Shown one piece after another: positions 9,330-20,314 of a DNA stretch of 64,000 nt (position 1 is the first letter of the stretch; each line of letters begins with the position of its first letter). The position numbers and the translations under genes are program-made. The DNA is from an uncultured Clostridia bacterium (lineage in GTDB: Bacteria; Bacillota; Clostridia; UMGS1883): contig CAKSNY010000001.1 in assembly GCA_934476455.1 (NCBI GenBank), forward strand, positions 23,673 through 87,672. Reading direction: 5' to 3'. The notes beneath the pieces are model-generated. The model searched no databases and was not told the DNA's origin. It saw only the letters and a list, made by a program, of their open reading frames with translations.

Positions 9330-11672
9330 ATGAAAAAGTTAAAAAGTAAGGTATATGGGTATTTTACGGCACTGTTTGTTTTTTGCGGCATATGTGTGTG
9401 TGTTATGCAAAATACGGCGAATGCGGCGCAGGATTACGATACAGCCAAAAATCTTTTAACAGGCGCGCAGATTGTCCGCAAAAATGCCGCTACACCAAAC
9501 GTTGACGGAGAAACGGTTAAATGCGGTATGCTTATTTCCCCGGGTTCTTCAACGGAAACAACAGCCGCAAACGCCGTTATAATTGACGGAAGCCTGACAA
9601 ACACGTCTAATTATCACACAATAAGCAAAAGCGAGGGGAACAAAGCTTCCTTCAGAATTAAATTCAGCGACGAGAAGAATGTAAAGCAAGTGGTTATAAC
9701 CACGCGCAAACAAAGTGACGGTACGGGCTTGCTTGACGATACGGTTTTACCAAGCTTTGGATATTCTTTGCAAAATGACAGTTGGTGGAGCGGATCGTTT
9801 ACATCTGTGCAGGTGACGGTTTCCTCGTATACATACACAGCGGGCAGCGAGTTTAAGAGAACGGTTATAGATTTGCAGCAAGCGTGCAAAGGAAAGGATT
9901 TTCTTCTTGAAATCCCGCGCGAAACATCAATGAATATAAACGAAATTGAAGTTTATGAGGACGAAAACATAGGCGGGCCGCTTCCGATATGCACAATAGA
10001 CGATACTTCGGAGCCGTCCGTTAACGGAAGAAATTACAAGGAGCTGTCAGCCTCGGCAGAGATGAACAGTCTTGTAAATATTCCCGTTAAAAAGGTAGAA
10101 TTTTTTGATAAAGACGGCAGCTTTATAGGCGAGGGAATAAAAAACGAAAATGACGGAAAATATCATTTTACGTGGAAGAATCTTGAATTTGAAACAGTAT
10201 ATTTTGTAAAAGCGATTGCAACCGATATGTCGGGTGCAGCAAGCGAAAGCAGTGAGATTGAATTCGAGCTTCAGCCCTTGCCCGAATCGGAACTGGCTGA
10301 GGCGATACGTGCTTTTGATACGATTGCGGATACGACCGAGGTTTCGCAAACGCTTGAACGGTATTCGGAAATTCTTGAAAATATCGGGTACAATATTGAG
10401 GAACATAACGCGCTTAATCCGGAGAAAAAGACGTATTTTGAGAATGCTGTTGTAAATTTTAACACAAACGGCGTGTACACCGCGGCGGAATTTTACAGGT
10501 TTACAAATGCATTAAAAACCTTTAATAATATGGCGGACCTTGCCTTTTGCGAGGATGACAATATTCTTGAAATATTGAAAGAAAATAAAGCTTTTTATGC
10601 AGTTGACACGGATGACAAGTATTTTTTTAGCTTTGATGAAAACGAGCAAAAAACCGTGCTTTCGGGCTTAAAACAATTCTTGCTTGATATTCCAACCCTT
10701 GTACCTGACGGTTTGAATGTCAAATTTAAAGAAATCTGTGCGCTTCAAAGCTTCGGCAGTACATATTGGGGAGAGTACTATGATTGGATAAAACATTTTA
10801 ATATTTGTTTGATGATTGATCTTTCCGATTATGAAAATACGCTTACAGAGGCAGAACAGGTAAAGGTTATGCAGGAAATGGCACATTTTAAAAATGCCGT
10901 TTCCGCAGAAATGATAAAGGCGGAGTTTGAAAGACTGGTTCAAAACGCAATAGACAGCAGAACCGATGAAAACCCGACGCCGATTGTAGATGTTAAAAAG
11001 CCGAGTGGAGGCGGCGGTGCCAAGTCCCCGACAACGGTAAAAATTGTTTCGGATAATTCCCGCGAAATCGAAAACAAAAACGATGTTCCCTCGGAAGGTG
11101 ATGAAGGCGGGCTGCCGTTTAAAGATATATCCGATGCTCGGTGGGCAGAGGAAGCTATTACATACTTGTATAAAAACGAAATAATCTCGGGCGTGTCGGA
11201 AGATATGTTTGAACCGCAAAGAAGCGTAACGCGTGAGGAATTTGTTAAAATTCTGCTTGGCATACTCGGCATAAAGCCGCAAAAAAGTGCAGAATTGATT
11301 TTTGCGGATTCTTCCCCGGAGGCATGGTATAACGATTATATATCAACAGCCAAGGAGATGGGAATTATAAACGGCGTGTCGGAAAACGAATTTGGTGTCG
11401 GTCAGTTCATTAGAAGGCAGGATATGGCGCTTATGCTGTATAACGGGATTAAAGACAAAATACGCACGGACGCAGAAAAAATAAATGTTTATTTTAATGA
11501 TGAAGCAGACATTAACGAATATGCCCTGTCGGCAGTTAAAGCGTTAAGCACCGCCGGTCTTTTTGAAGGAAACGAAAACGGATGCTTTTTGCCGCATAAG
11601 AGTGCTGCAAGAGCTGAGGCGGCAAAGGTATTATATGAAGCGGCATTGTTAATGAAAAATACGGGGGATTGA
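9330..11672 (+). CDS. Cell-surface protein: signal peptide, discoidin-like N-terminal domain, helical middle region, Gly-rich linker, 3x C-terminal SLH domains
   Basis: The start was trimmed to the ATG after GGGAGGG, which gives a signal peptide (MKKLKSKVYGYFTALFVFCGICVCV). The N-terminus is paralogous to the 2355..4898 protein. PSGGGGAKSP linker. The C-terminal SLH motifs are WAEEAITYLYKNEIISG, AWYNDYISTAKEMGIING and ALSAVKALSTAGLFEG. Confidence 0.7.
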   Translation: MKKLKSKVYGYFTALFVFCGICVCVMQNTANAAQDYDTAKNLLTGAQIVRKNAATPNVDGETVKCGMLISPGSSTETTAANAVIIDGSLTNTSNYHTISKSEGNKASFRIKFSDEKNVKQVVITTRKQSDGTGLLDDTVLPSFGYSLQNDSWWSGSFTSVQVTVSSYTYTAGSEFKRTVIDLQQACKGKDFLLEIPRETSMNINEIEVYEDENIGGPLPICTIDDTSEPSVNGRNYKELSASAEMNSLVNIPVKKVEFFDKDGSFIGEGIKNENDGKYHFTWKNLEFETVYFVKAIATDMSGAASESSEIEFELQPLPESELAEAIRAFDTIADTTEVSQTLERYSEILENIGYNIEEHNALNPEKKTYFENAVVNFNTNGVYTAAEFYRFTNALKTFNNMADLAFCEDDNILEILKENKAFYAVDTDDKYFFSFDENEQKTVLSGLKQFLLDIPTLVPDGLNVKFKEICALQSFGSTYWGEYYDWIKHFNICLMIDLSDYENTLTEAEQVKVMQEMAHFKNAVSAEMIKAEFERLVQNAIDSRTDENPTPIVDVKKPSGGGGAKSPTTVKIVSDNSREIENKNDVPSEGDEGGLPFKDISDARWAEEAITYLYKNEIISGVSEDMFEPQRSVTREEFVKILLGILGIKPQKSAELIFADSSPEAWYNDYISTAKEMGIINGVSENEFGVGQFIRRQDMALMLYNGIKDKIRTDAEKINVYFNDEADINEYALSAVKALSTAGLFEGNENGCFLPHKSAARAEAAKVLYEAALLMKNTGD

Positions 11673-11677
11673 TTGTG

Positions 11678-14600
11678 ATGAGAAAATTTATATGCAGTAT
11701 ATTACTATTTGCAATGCTTTTACCTCAGGCTTCGGTTGCCGTGTATGCAGAAACCGTAAATATCGAAAACGTTGCAATCGGGAAAAAAATACTGACAGAT
11801 GTTCCCAAAAGCGATGCCGAAAGCAATACGGAGGCAATGGTTGACGGAAAAATAATGGTAAACGGAGCCGGTGAAACGCGTTGGTACGTAAGAAAGAACT
11901 GTGCCGACGCATGGTTTAATATTTACCTGGGAAATGAAACAAAGCTGTACTATGCAATGGTGTATTCCGGAGCAAACAGCTCTCCGGCAGGCATAATAAC
12001 GGATTTTAAGCTTCAGTATCGCACGTCAAACGGTTGGGAAGACATTGACGGGGCAGACATTTCCGGAAATGAAAAAATGAAGCTGAAGGTCACCTTTAAG
12101 CAGCCTGTAACAACGGACGCCGTAAGGTTTGTTTCAAAGACAGCTTCAGAGTTCAGAATAAGAGAATTTGAACTGTACGGTGAGGTTGACTCAGTCATAG
12201 CCGCGTCAAAAAATAAAGGAAATGAAGAAGGTTTTGGAATACAATTTCAAAGGGATGTTTCGTTTTTAAGCGCGCTCGGAGTGCTGGACGACAACGCAGT
12301 AATGGATGAAAACGAATTTATTACACGCGGAAGATTTGCAGATATTGCAATGCGTGCATTAGGATACAGAGAGCTTGTATTTACAGAACAGGACGGTATA
12401 TATGAGGATGTTGATACTCAAAACCCCTATTACCAAAGTATAATGAATGCAAGAAAGCTTAATGCAATAAGCGGTGAACAAAAATATTTTTATCCGAACA
12501 AAATTATAAATGAAAACGAAATGTTGAAAATCATTATGTGCCTGATGGGCTACTCCGAATACGCCGAAATGAACGGCGGATATCCGACAGGGTACATAAG
12601 GGCTGCACGTACGGCGGAGGTTGATATCGTTTATGCAAGTGATGCCGACAACAACATAACAAACGGCGAAGCTGTAAGGTTTATTTGCGAAACGTTTGAC
12701 GGATACCCTATGTGTGAGGACGAATACAATAACGGCACAGTAAAAAATGTATCGGACCGTTCGGTATTTGAAAATGTTTATAACGGAAAAAAGGGCGAGG
12801 GTGTTGTAGAAGCAAATGAGGTTACATATTTATACCAAAAAAACTCCCGAGCGGCAAAGGGCGAGGTTATCATAAACGGTGAGCGGTATAAAAACGGCGG
12901 CACGGACGCCGCAGAGCTTTTAGGATTTTACGTCGATTATTATTCTGTAGAAAAGCAGGGAACGGATACGCTTGTATATGTATGCCCCGACAAAAAAAGA
13001 AATTCCGTGCTGACGCTGACATCTGAGGATATAGTGCCCGAAAGCTCAGGCATAAGGCAAATATCCTACCGTGAAAACAATAAAACAAAAGAGGCGAAGC
13101 TGTCAGACGCGCCGTATATTTTAATAAACGGAAAATTTGACGGAAGCTTTACAAAGCAGGATTTGGATTCCGAGACATTGTATATTTTGCTTGTGGATTG
13201 GGATAATGACGATATTTACGATTTTGCAAGCATATATAAATTTGGTACCTTTATTGTCGGCGGTGTTGACGAAAATGCCAAACGAATAAGAAGCCGTGAC
13301 GGTGAAAAAGCTATAGATTTGCTTAACGACGGGGATGAGCTGTACTACACAATAAAAAAATCGGGGCAAAGCGTGCCAATCGGTATTATCAAGGAGGATG
13401 ACGTTGTTTGTGCGGCTCTGTCCTCCGACGGGCGCGCTGCACAAATATTGGTTTCGGGGCGAAAAATAAGCGGCACCGTGGAGGCAACCGACGATGACGG
13501 AAATGTTGTTATCGGCGGAAACGAATACCCGGTATACACGGGCGTTAAAATAAATCTTAACGACAGCGGAACCTTTTATATTGACTCATTCGGAAAGATT
13601 GCAGGTTATGATACAACTTTATCTGCGGAAAAATACGGTTTGGTTCTGAATATTGCGGAGGTGGGAAGTAGTGTAAAGCCATGCGTACAGATTAAACTGT
13701 TAGATGAAAGCGGAGCTGTACAAACATACAATGCGGCAAAGAAATATAAGTTAAACAAGCAGAGAGAGAAATCGGAAAATATTATCGGAAACCCCGCATT
13801 TTTTGACAGCGGAAGCGTGCGAAATGATTTAATTCGCTATAATCTTAACCAAGAAGGCGAGATTAACGAAATAATCACTGTTACAGACAGAAGCACTGAC
13901 GCCGATAAGAGCAGTAACAGAGATATTTTGTCGCTTGACGTTAAGCTTGGAAAGGTAAAGTACAAATCACAGCTTTTATCGGTTTCTGGAAAAAACACCT
14001 ATGCCATCGATATAAACAGACCTATATTTTTTACAACAACCGACAGCGATATCAAGGCTTTGCAAATTGAAGAAAGTGTTTATTCGGGAAAAGCTTCGGA
14101 ATATTTATCGGATTACACAACAATAAACGGAACGGTATCTTTGTATGATATTGACGAATACGGACTTCCGGGGGCAGTTGTGGTTTATGATTATTCGCCT
14201 ACAATGATACCTACAACAAATCAGATTGCGGTTGTAAAAAAAGCGCTTGGCGGAACAAATGAAAACGGCGAAAACACAAAATTTTTGAAGCTGTTTAAAG
14301 AGGGCGCAGAGCTGCAAATTGAATTGCCGCAGTCCGCAAAGGTAATTACATCACTTGCTGCCGCAAAAAGAGAGGGAATGAACACAACATATTTCGGTGA
14401 GTATTACGTTCCCGAGTACGCCGATTATAATGCGGATGATTTAAAAGCGGGAGATATAATTTTGTACTCGCAGCAGAAAGGCAAAATTACGTATTGGCAA
14501 TACGTGTATAAAAACGGTGACACTGTAAGCAGGGTTATTCAGCAGACAGGCGGCGACAGCGGATATTATGCAAATCTTGAAACCATGTTCGTCAGGTTAA

Positions 14601-14824
14601 AGCAGCTGACGGGCAGCGTTATCACGTTTGTTGACGGCGGAGGAACGGAGTATAGCTACCTAAACGATAAAATAAGGGTAACAGTGTACGATTCCATGCA
14701 GAAGGATGTGTATCAGGGAACGATTGATGATATTATAAATGAGGTAAATAACAGCCCGAACATAAATAATTTATTTGTCAGGACGCAGGTAAAGGCTGTT
14801 AAAGACATTGTAATTTATAAATAA
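11678..14824 (+). CDS. Large secreted SLH-domain protein (discoidin-like N-terminal domain, SLH repeats, ~800-aa uncharacterised region)
   Basis: A signal peptide and an F5/8-type-C-like domain (RWYVRKNCADAWFNIYLG ... IREFELYG) come first. SLH-like repeats follow (FLSALGVLDDNAVMD, YQSIMNARKLNAISG). The remainder is paralogous across its full length to the 36697..39366 and 44450..47077 proteins (GYSEYAEMNGGYPTGYIRAA versus GYREYVSVKYGKYPNGYISAA, plus a conserved C-terminus). Confidence 0.6.
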   Translation: MRKFICSILLFAMLLPQASVAVYAETVNIENVAIGKKILTDVPKSDAESNTEAMVDGKIMVNGAGETRWYVRKNCADAWFNIYLGNETKLYYAMVYSGANSSPAGIITDFKLQYRTSNGWEDIDGADISGNEKMKLKVTFKQPVTTDAVRFVSKTASEFRIREFELYGEVDSVIAASKNKGNEEGFGIQFQRDVSFLSALGVLDDNAVMDENEFITRGRFADIAMRALGYRELVFTEQDGIYEDVDTQNPYYQSIMNARKLNAISGEQKYFYPNKIINENEMLKIIMCLMGYSEYAEMNGGYPTGYIRAARTAEVDIVYASDADNNITNGEAVRFICETFDGYPMCEDEYNNGTVKNVSDRSVFENVYNGKKGEGVVEANEVTYLYQKNSRAAKGEVIINGERYKNGGTDAAELLGFYVDYYSVEKQGTDTLVYVCPDKKRNSVLTLTSEDIVPESSGIRQISYRENNKTKEAKLSDAPYILINGKFDGSFTKQDLDSETLYILLVDWDNDDIYDFASIYKFGTFIVGGVDENAKRIRSRDGEKAIDLLNDGDELYYTIKKSGQSVPIGIIKEDDVVCAALSSDGRAAQILVSGRKISGTVEATDDDGNVVIGGNEYPVYTGVKINLNDSGTFYIDSFGKIAGYDTTLSAEKYGLVLNIAEVGSSVKPCVQIKLLDESGAVQTYNAAKKYKLNKQREKSENIIGNPAFFDSGSVRNDLIRYNLNQEGEINEIITVTDRSTDADKSSNRDILSLDVKLGKVKYKSQLLSVSGKNTYAIDINRPIFFTTTDSDIKALQIEESVYSGKASEYLSDYTTINGTVSLYDIDEYGLPGAVVVYDYSPTMIPTTNQIAVVKKALGGTNENGENTKFLKLFKEGAELQIELPQSAKVITSLAAAKREGMNTTYFGEYYVPEYADYNADDLKAGDIILYSQQKGKITYWQYVYKNGDTVSRVIQQTGGDSGYYANLETMFVRLKQLTGSVITFVDGGGTEYSYLNDKIRVTVYDSMQKDVYQGTIDDIINEVNNSPNINNLFVRTQVKAVKDIVIYK

Positions 14825-14843
14825 ATGGATGTGGGGTAGTAAT

Positions 14844-15791
14844 ATGAAAAAAACAACCGCAGCGGCGGTATGCAATTCAAAGAAAAAAAACAACTTTGTT
14901 AACAGGGTGAAAAACCAAAAGTATCTTCTTATTATGCTTGCACCGTGCCTTTTGTATTATATTTTATTCAGGTATATACCGATGTTCGGATTGGTGATTG
15001 CATTTAACAGATACAATTTTGCGGACGGTATATTCGGAAGCCCATGGGTCGGGCTGGATAATTTTTCACAGTTTATATTTGGCCCGTATTTTTGGCGGCT
15101 GATGAAAAATACTTTCCTGACAAGCTTTTATGATCTGTTGTTCGGATTTCCTGCGCCTATAATATTTGCACTTATGCTAAATGAGCTTGCGGGGAGAAAA
15201 TTCAAAAGATTGGTACAAACAGTAAGCTATCTTCCGCATTTTTTGTCGGCTGTCGTTGTTGTCGGTCTTATGAAGCAAATGCTTTCACCGACATCTGGTA
15301 TTGTAAATGCGGCAATATGTGCTTTGGGCGGCGAAAGCATAAACTTTTTTATGGAAAAAGGCTGGTTCAGATTTTTGTATGTTATATCGGGAATTTGGCA
15401 AAATTTCGGCTGGGGAGCAATTATCTATATAGCCGGAATTGCCGCCATTGACCCGGCTCTTTACGAGGCGGCGGAAATTGATGGGGCAAAAAGGTTTAAG
15501 AAAATGATACATATTACTATTCCGGGAATTGCACCGACAATGATTATTTTGTTGATTTTGCGTATGGGTACTTTGCTTGATGTAGGATATGAAAAAGTGC
15601 TGCTGATGTATAACCCGGGAATATATGAAACGGCGGACGTTATTTCCACATATGTATACCGAAACGGTATTCAGGAGGCAAATTACAGTTTTGGTACGGC
15701 TGTCGGGCTTATGAACTCTGTTATCGCAATGATTTTGATAATTGCATCCAACACAATAAGCAAGAGAGTATCGGAAACCAGCTTGTGGTAA
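14844..15791 (+). CDS. Carbohydrate ABC transporter permease (LplB/YesP-like)
   Basis: Multi-TM protein with a typical polysaccharide-ABC permease N-terminus (LLIMLAPCLLYYILFRYIPMFGLVIAFNRYNF) and an EAA-loop region (AAIDPALYEAAEIDGA). Confidence 0.85.
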   Translation: MKKTTAAAVCNSKKKNNFVNRVKNQKYLLIMLAPCLLYYILFRYIPMFGLVIAFNRYNFADGIFGSPWVGLDNFSQFIFGPYFWRLMKNTFLTSFYDLLFGFPAPIIFALMLNELAGRKFKRLVQTVSYLPHFLSAVVVVGLMKQMLSPTSGIVNAAICALGGESINFFMEKGWFRFLYVISGIWQNFGWGAIIYIAGIAAIDPALYEAAEIDGAKRFKKMIHITIPGIAPTMIILLILRMGTLLDVGYEKVLLMYNPGIYETADVISTYVYRNGIQEANYSFGTAVGLMNSVIAMILIIASNTISKRVSETSLW

Positions 15792-15819
15792 ACAGAATTA
15801 AAATATAGGAGGCAATTAT

Positions 15820-16701
15820 ATGCAAAAAAATAAAGAGCTATCAAGCAAGATATTTGATGCTTTTAACATTATAGGTATGTGTGTCATCATATTTATAACG
15901 CTGTACCCGATTATATATGAGCTTGCGATTTCCATGAGTTCGTCTAAGTATGTTCAGGCGAATATGGTTACGTTTCTTCCGAAGGGCATAAATATGGGGG
16001 CGTACAAAAAGGTATTTGCGGACAGAGGCTTTTGGATATCTTATAAAAATACCATTTTTTACACTGTATTCGGAACATTTATAAACATTTTTTTTACCTG
16101 TACATTGGCATTTTGCCTGTCAAGAAAAGAGCTTATAGGCAGAAAGCCCATAACGTTTCTTGTAATGATGACGATGTTTTTTAGCGGCGGTATTATACCG
16201 AATTTCCTTGTGGTAAAGTGGCTTGGGTTATATAACACCATTTGGGCAGTGGTGCTGCCGTATGCAATAAATACATACAATATGGTTATTGTCCGAACTT
16301 TTATGGTTTCAATACCGGAATCGCTTGTAGAAGCTGTAAGAATTGACGGAGGAAATGACTGGAATTTGTACAGCAGGGTAATACTGCCGTTATCAAAACC
16401 CGTTATTGCAACCGTAGGTTTGTTTTATGCCGTAAATCACTGGAACAGCTACTTCACACCTATGCTTTACTTAAACGAAAAATCGCTTCAGCCGCTTCAG
16501 GTAATATTAAAGGAAATGGTCGTAGACCAAAACCTGCAAAGCGTTGCGGCGGATTTGGCTGATATGGAACAATCCACACCAAACAGCGATATGCTTATAG
16601 CGGCTTCAATAATAATTTCACTGCTGCCGATTATATCGGTTTACCCGTTCCTTCAAAAATACTTTGTTAAGGGAATGATGATAGGTTCTGTTAAAGGATA
16701 A
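15820..16701 (+). CDS. Carbohydrate ABC transporter permease (LplC/YesQ-like)
   Basis: Multi-TM protein with the EAA motif EAVRIDGGNDWNLYSRVILPLSKP. Confidence 0.85.
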   Translation: MQKNKELSSKIFDAFNIIGMCVIIFITLYPIIYELAISMSSSKYVQANMVTFLPKGINMGAYKKVFADRGFWISYKNTIFYTVFGTFINIFFTCTLAFCLSRKELIGRKPITFLVMMTMFFSGGIIPNFLVVKWLGLYNTIWAVVLPYAINTYNMVIVRTFMVSIPESLVEAVRIDGGNDWNLYSRVILPLSKPVIATVGLFYAVNHWNSYFTPMLYLNEKSLQPLQVILKEMVVDQNLQSVAADLADMEQSTPNSDMLIAASIIISLLPIISVYPFLQKYFVKGMMIGSVKG

Positions 16702-16730
16702 AAATAAATAAAAGAAAGGAAGAATAATTT

Positions 16731-18308
16731 ATGAAAAAAACATTTAAGAAAGGGGCAGGGCTGGCGCTTGCAGTTTTAATGGCAGTTACAGCCGCAGGAT
16801 GCGGCAAAAAAAACGGCGAAGCGATGAAGCCTGACACCGATGAGCGTCTTGACATTGATTTTATGATTTCGGGACAAGGAACAGACGACAGCCATTTTGT
16901 GCTGAAAAAGACGTTGGATGAAAAATTTAATATTAACGCAAATTTTCTTATAAGTGCGTCAAGCGCGCATATTGATAAGCTTAAAATACTTATAACCTCC
17001 GACAGCCTTCCGGATATTGTGTCGCCGTTTCCGAACGATTTGGCAAAAAACTGCGGACCGCGCGGGGCTTTGGTTCCGCTTTCGGATTACCTTGACAAAA
17101 TGCCCAACTACAAAAAGTATTTAACGTCAAACGCTGAATCCTATGCTTCGCAAATGGCAAATGACGATAAGGTTTATGTTGCGGCACTGTACAGAGAGCA
17201 AAGCGATTGCAGATATGTTCCCATATTGCGGCGCGATTTGTTCGAGGAGCAGGGCATCGAAATTCCCAAAACATATAACGAGCTTTATACGGCACTCAAA
17301 AAAATAAAAGAAAAGCATCCCGAAATCATAGGCCTTGTTAATAAAGTACAAATGGCTTGCCTGTCGGATTACGGTATGAATTTTAATACAAGCAGCGAAA
17401 TGTTTTACAACAAAGAAAATGATAAATGGGAATACGGTCCGGTAAATAAGGGTTTTAAAGAAATGCTGACGTTCTTTAATAACCTTTGGAAAGAAGGCTT
17501 GATGGATCCCGAGTTCTTTACGGCTTCAACAAAGCAATGGGAGGAAAAAATCCTTTCAGGAAAAGCTGTATTTACATTGGGTTGGGTCAATGATTCGTAT
17601 GATTATAAGAAAACATATCTCGAGCTTCACCCGAATTCAAAATTTGACCTGTCTTTGACAGAGCCGATGACAACAGAATCGTATGATGTACCTGTTATAC
17701 AAACATCCGCACAAATTAACGATTACTGCGCGTACGGAATTTCGGCAAAATCTCCTGCGGCGGCACGTTTGTTAAAGGTTGTTGACTTTATGTATTCCGA
17801 CGAAGGCTCTACGCTTGCTCAATACGGTGTAGAGGGGAAGAACTTTACAACAACGGAAGACGGAAAAAAGAAGTATGCAGAGGATATTATGTGGGGATAT
17901 AATCCGAAAGGAACACATAATCCGCTGACTTATTACGGGCTGCGTTCCGACCATTTAATGCGTGTTGTGAAAGCGCAGGATTATGAAAAATATGCCGACA
18001 TTGAAATGGACGCTATCAATATGCGCCAAAAATATTGGGATAATAACTGGGGATACACTTCAAATAACGGTATAAAGCTGACATTTACAGAGGATCAGCA
18101 GGCAGAAATTGATAAAATAAAGAACAATTTAAGCACAATGGTAAATGAAGAAAGCATTAAGTTCATCGTGGGTGAAAGACCGATGTCGGAATTTGATTCC
18201 TTTATTGCACAGCTTGAAAAGCTTAATTACAAAAAGCTTGAGAATATATATTCGGAAGCATTCAAGCAGTATAAGGATCGTATTAAAATGATTAAGCTTT
18301 ATGACTAA
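16731..18308 (+). CDS. Extracellular solute-binding lipoprotein (family 1, LplA-like) of the sugar ABC transporter
   Basis: Signal peptide with lipobox (LMAVTAAGCGKK), ~520 aa, typical size and composition of Firmicute polysaccharide binding proteins. It is adjacent to the two permeases. Confidence 0.8.
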   Translation: MKKTFKKGAGLALAVLMAVTAAGCGKKNGEAMKPDTDERLDIDFMISGQGTDDSHFVLKKTLDEKFNINANFLISASSAHIDKLKILITSDSLPDIVSPFPNDLAKNCGPRGALVPLSDYLDKMPNYKKYLTSNAESYASQMANDDKVYVAALYREQSDCRYVPILRRDLFEEQGIEIPKTYNELYTALKKIKEKHPEIIGLVNKVQMACLSDYGMNFNTSSEMFYNKENDKWEYGPVNKGFKEMLTFFNNLWKEGLMDPEFFTASTKQWEEKILSGKAVFTLGWVNDSYDYKKTYLELHPNSKFDLSLTEPMTTESYDVPVIQTSAQINDYCAYGISAKSPAAARLLKVVDFMYSDEGSTLAQYGVEGKNFTTTEDGKKKYAEDIMWGYNPKGTHNPLTYYGLRSDHLMRVVKAQDYEKYADIEMDAINMRQKYWDNNWGYTSNNGIKLTFTEDQQAEIDKIKNNLSTMVNEESIKFIVGERPMSEFDSFIAQLEKLNYKKLENIYSEAFKQYKDRIKMIKLYD

Positions 18309-20301
18309 AAGCGGGAAAAATAAGGCTATGATAAGGGCTTTCCTTGTATCGATGCTTTCGGGAATATGTATATTAGCTTGCGGAGGCGTACACCACGCCT
18401 CCGCAGCTGACTATGAGTATGATAAAAATTTATTAAAGGATGCAACGGTTTTCGGTGACGGTATTGTAGAGGGTGAGGTGCGCTTGCCCGTTGTTACGCT
18501 GATTAACGGAGCGCCGGCAAATACACGATTATGCGAAGAAATTATTGTAGACGGAAATCTGTTTAATTCGGAGGATACTCCCAAATTCGGAACAAGCAGC
18601 AGCAATACCGACGGGGCAATAAGAATTAAGCTTAATAAAGCGGAAACTGTATCTGTTTTTGTTTTAACAACGCGCAAAGACAAAAACGGTTATGGAATTA
18701 TTACAGAGCCGGAAAAGCTTACGTTCGGGTACGGCAATAAAATAGGCGGCTACGGGTTAAACGGGTTTGCTGAAAGAAATATAACGGTAAAATCGCATAT
18801 GTACGGCAACTGGCAAAGAATTACACTGACGCTTGATACCCCTGTCACAGCCGAGGATATCTTAATCGGAGGTATAAAACGCGACCACGATATAAATATT
18901 GTGGAAACAGAGCTGTACAAGGCGGGAAGCGAGGGAAGCGTTTTTTCGTCGGTTTCCGTTGCGGCGCCAAGAAACGGAAAAACGTTTTCTGCCGGAACGA
19001 AAAAAATACGTGTTTGCGTAAGTGCATACGACGCTATCGGAGCTAAAATTAAAAGCGTGGATTTTTTCGGTGCAGACGGTCGGCTAACAGGCAATGCCGA
19101 ATACAATCCGAAAAACGAAATGTTTGAATATATAATGCGTGTTTCGGCGGGAAATTACGAAATATACGCAAGTGCTGCGGGAGAAAACAATATTAAATAT
19201 TTAACGGAAAAGATAAGCTTTTCTGTAGAATATGATGTAAAAATACGGGCAGACGGAAAAGCCCGCTTCAGCCCGAATGAGAGCGTAACCCTGACGGCGG
19301 CAGTGCAGGACAGATACAATACCGTTGCAAAGGTAAGCTTTGAGCATAACGGCGAAATGACGCGGAAAGTAACAGATTACTATGAACATAACGGATATAA
19401 ATATTATTCATTGACATTGAAAAATGATGATTGCCGTGCCGGGGGCTATATACCGTATGCGTATGACAGCTCTAATAATTTGATATGCGAAGCGCAATCG
19501 GTTTTTTATTATATTAAAGGGTACAGCAATGTTGCGTTTTCAAAAAACGTATCTGCCGTATATGAAGACAGAACTGAAGTAACCGACAGTATTAACAGCC
19601 GCGTTTCATCGCTCACCGACGGAAGAATTGACGCCTATGAAGGGAAAAACAGCTTTACGGCGTATACAACCGAAGGTGAGAGCATAATTTTTGAAATAAA
19701 CCTTGAAAATATTTTTGAAATTTCGGATATAATGATTTTTTGCGGTGAAACCGACAAAACAAAAATTGATAACCTGATCGGTATTGTTGATAATGCGGAG
19801 GTTTATTACCTTGAAGGAACGCAGTGGAAAAAAATAAGTGAGGTAACGGACAACAAAATCGGAAATTTAATCATACGTTTCACCAAAGCCGTAAGTACGG
19901 ATTTACTTAGAATAAAGGTTAGTGCGAAAAAGCAATTTACAATAAGAGAGGTAATGGTATTTTCACCGCTCCCCATAAGTATGGAGGTGTCGTCCGACAA
20001 CGAAAAATGCGATATCACTGTTATTAACAGCGGTATATTTGATGAAAAATGCAGTGTAATTATTTCAAAATACCGCGAAGGCAAGCTTTACGATGTCGGT
20101 ATAAATAATATTTTCGTTCGTTCGGCTTCACTTCTTAGCTCAACGTCGCAATGGGGAAATGACGCTTGCCTTGTTCCGGGTGAATACAGGATAAAAATTA
20201 CAAGAGAAGAATATGACTGCCTTAAAATATATGTTCTGAGAGATATTGAAACCTTAAAACCGATTGTTAAATCTCAAACGATAGTTTTCAAAGTATATTA
20301 A
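18301..20301 (+). CDS. Secreted protein with N-terminal discoidin-like domain (paralog of 2355/9330 N-termini), Ig-like repeats and a second C-terminal discoidin-like domain
   Basis: A signal peptide is present. The N-terminal module (DYEYDKNLLKDA ... GAIRIKLN ... VLTTRK ... VETELYK) is homologous to the other locus-1 discoidin modules. The C-terminal LLRIKVSAKKQFTIREVMVF has the F5/8 type C-like pattern. Confidence 0.55.
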   Translation: MTKSGKNKAMIRAFLVSMLSGICILACGGVHHASAADYEYDKNLLKDATVFGDGIVEGEVRLPVVTLINGAPANTRLCEEIIVDGNLFNSEDTPKFGTSSSNTDGAIRIKLNKAETVSVFVLTTRKDKNGYGIITEPEKLTFGYGNKIGGYGLNGFAERNITVKSHMYGNWQRITLTLDTPVTAEDILIGGIKRDHDINIVETELYKAGSEGSVFSSVSVAAPRNGKTFSAGTKKIRVCVSAYDAIGAKIKSVDFFGADGRLTGNAEYNPKNEMFEYIMRVSAGNYEIYASAAGENNIKYLTEKISFSVEYDVKIRADGKARFSPNESVTLTAAVQDRYNTVAKVSFEHNGEMTRKVTDYYEHNGYKYYSLTLKNDDCRAGGYIPYAYDSSNNLICEAQSVFYYIKGYSNVAFSKNVSAVYEDRTEVTDSINSRVSSLTDGRIDAYEGKNSFTAYTTEGESIIFEINLENIFEISDIMIFCGETDKTKIDNLIGIVDNAEVYYLEGTQWKKISEVTDNKIGNLIIRFTKAVSTDLLRIKVSAKKQFTIREVMVFSPLPISMEVSSDNEKCDITVINSGIFDEKCSVIISKYREGKLYDVGINNIFVRSASLLSSTSQWGNDACLVPGEYRIKITREEYDCLKIYVLRDIETLKPIVKSQTIVFKVY

Positions 20302-20314
20302 CGGGGTGAATTAA

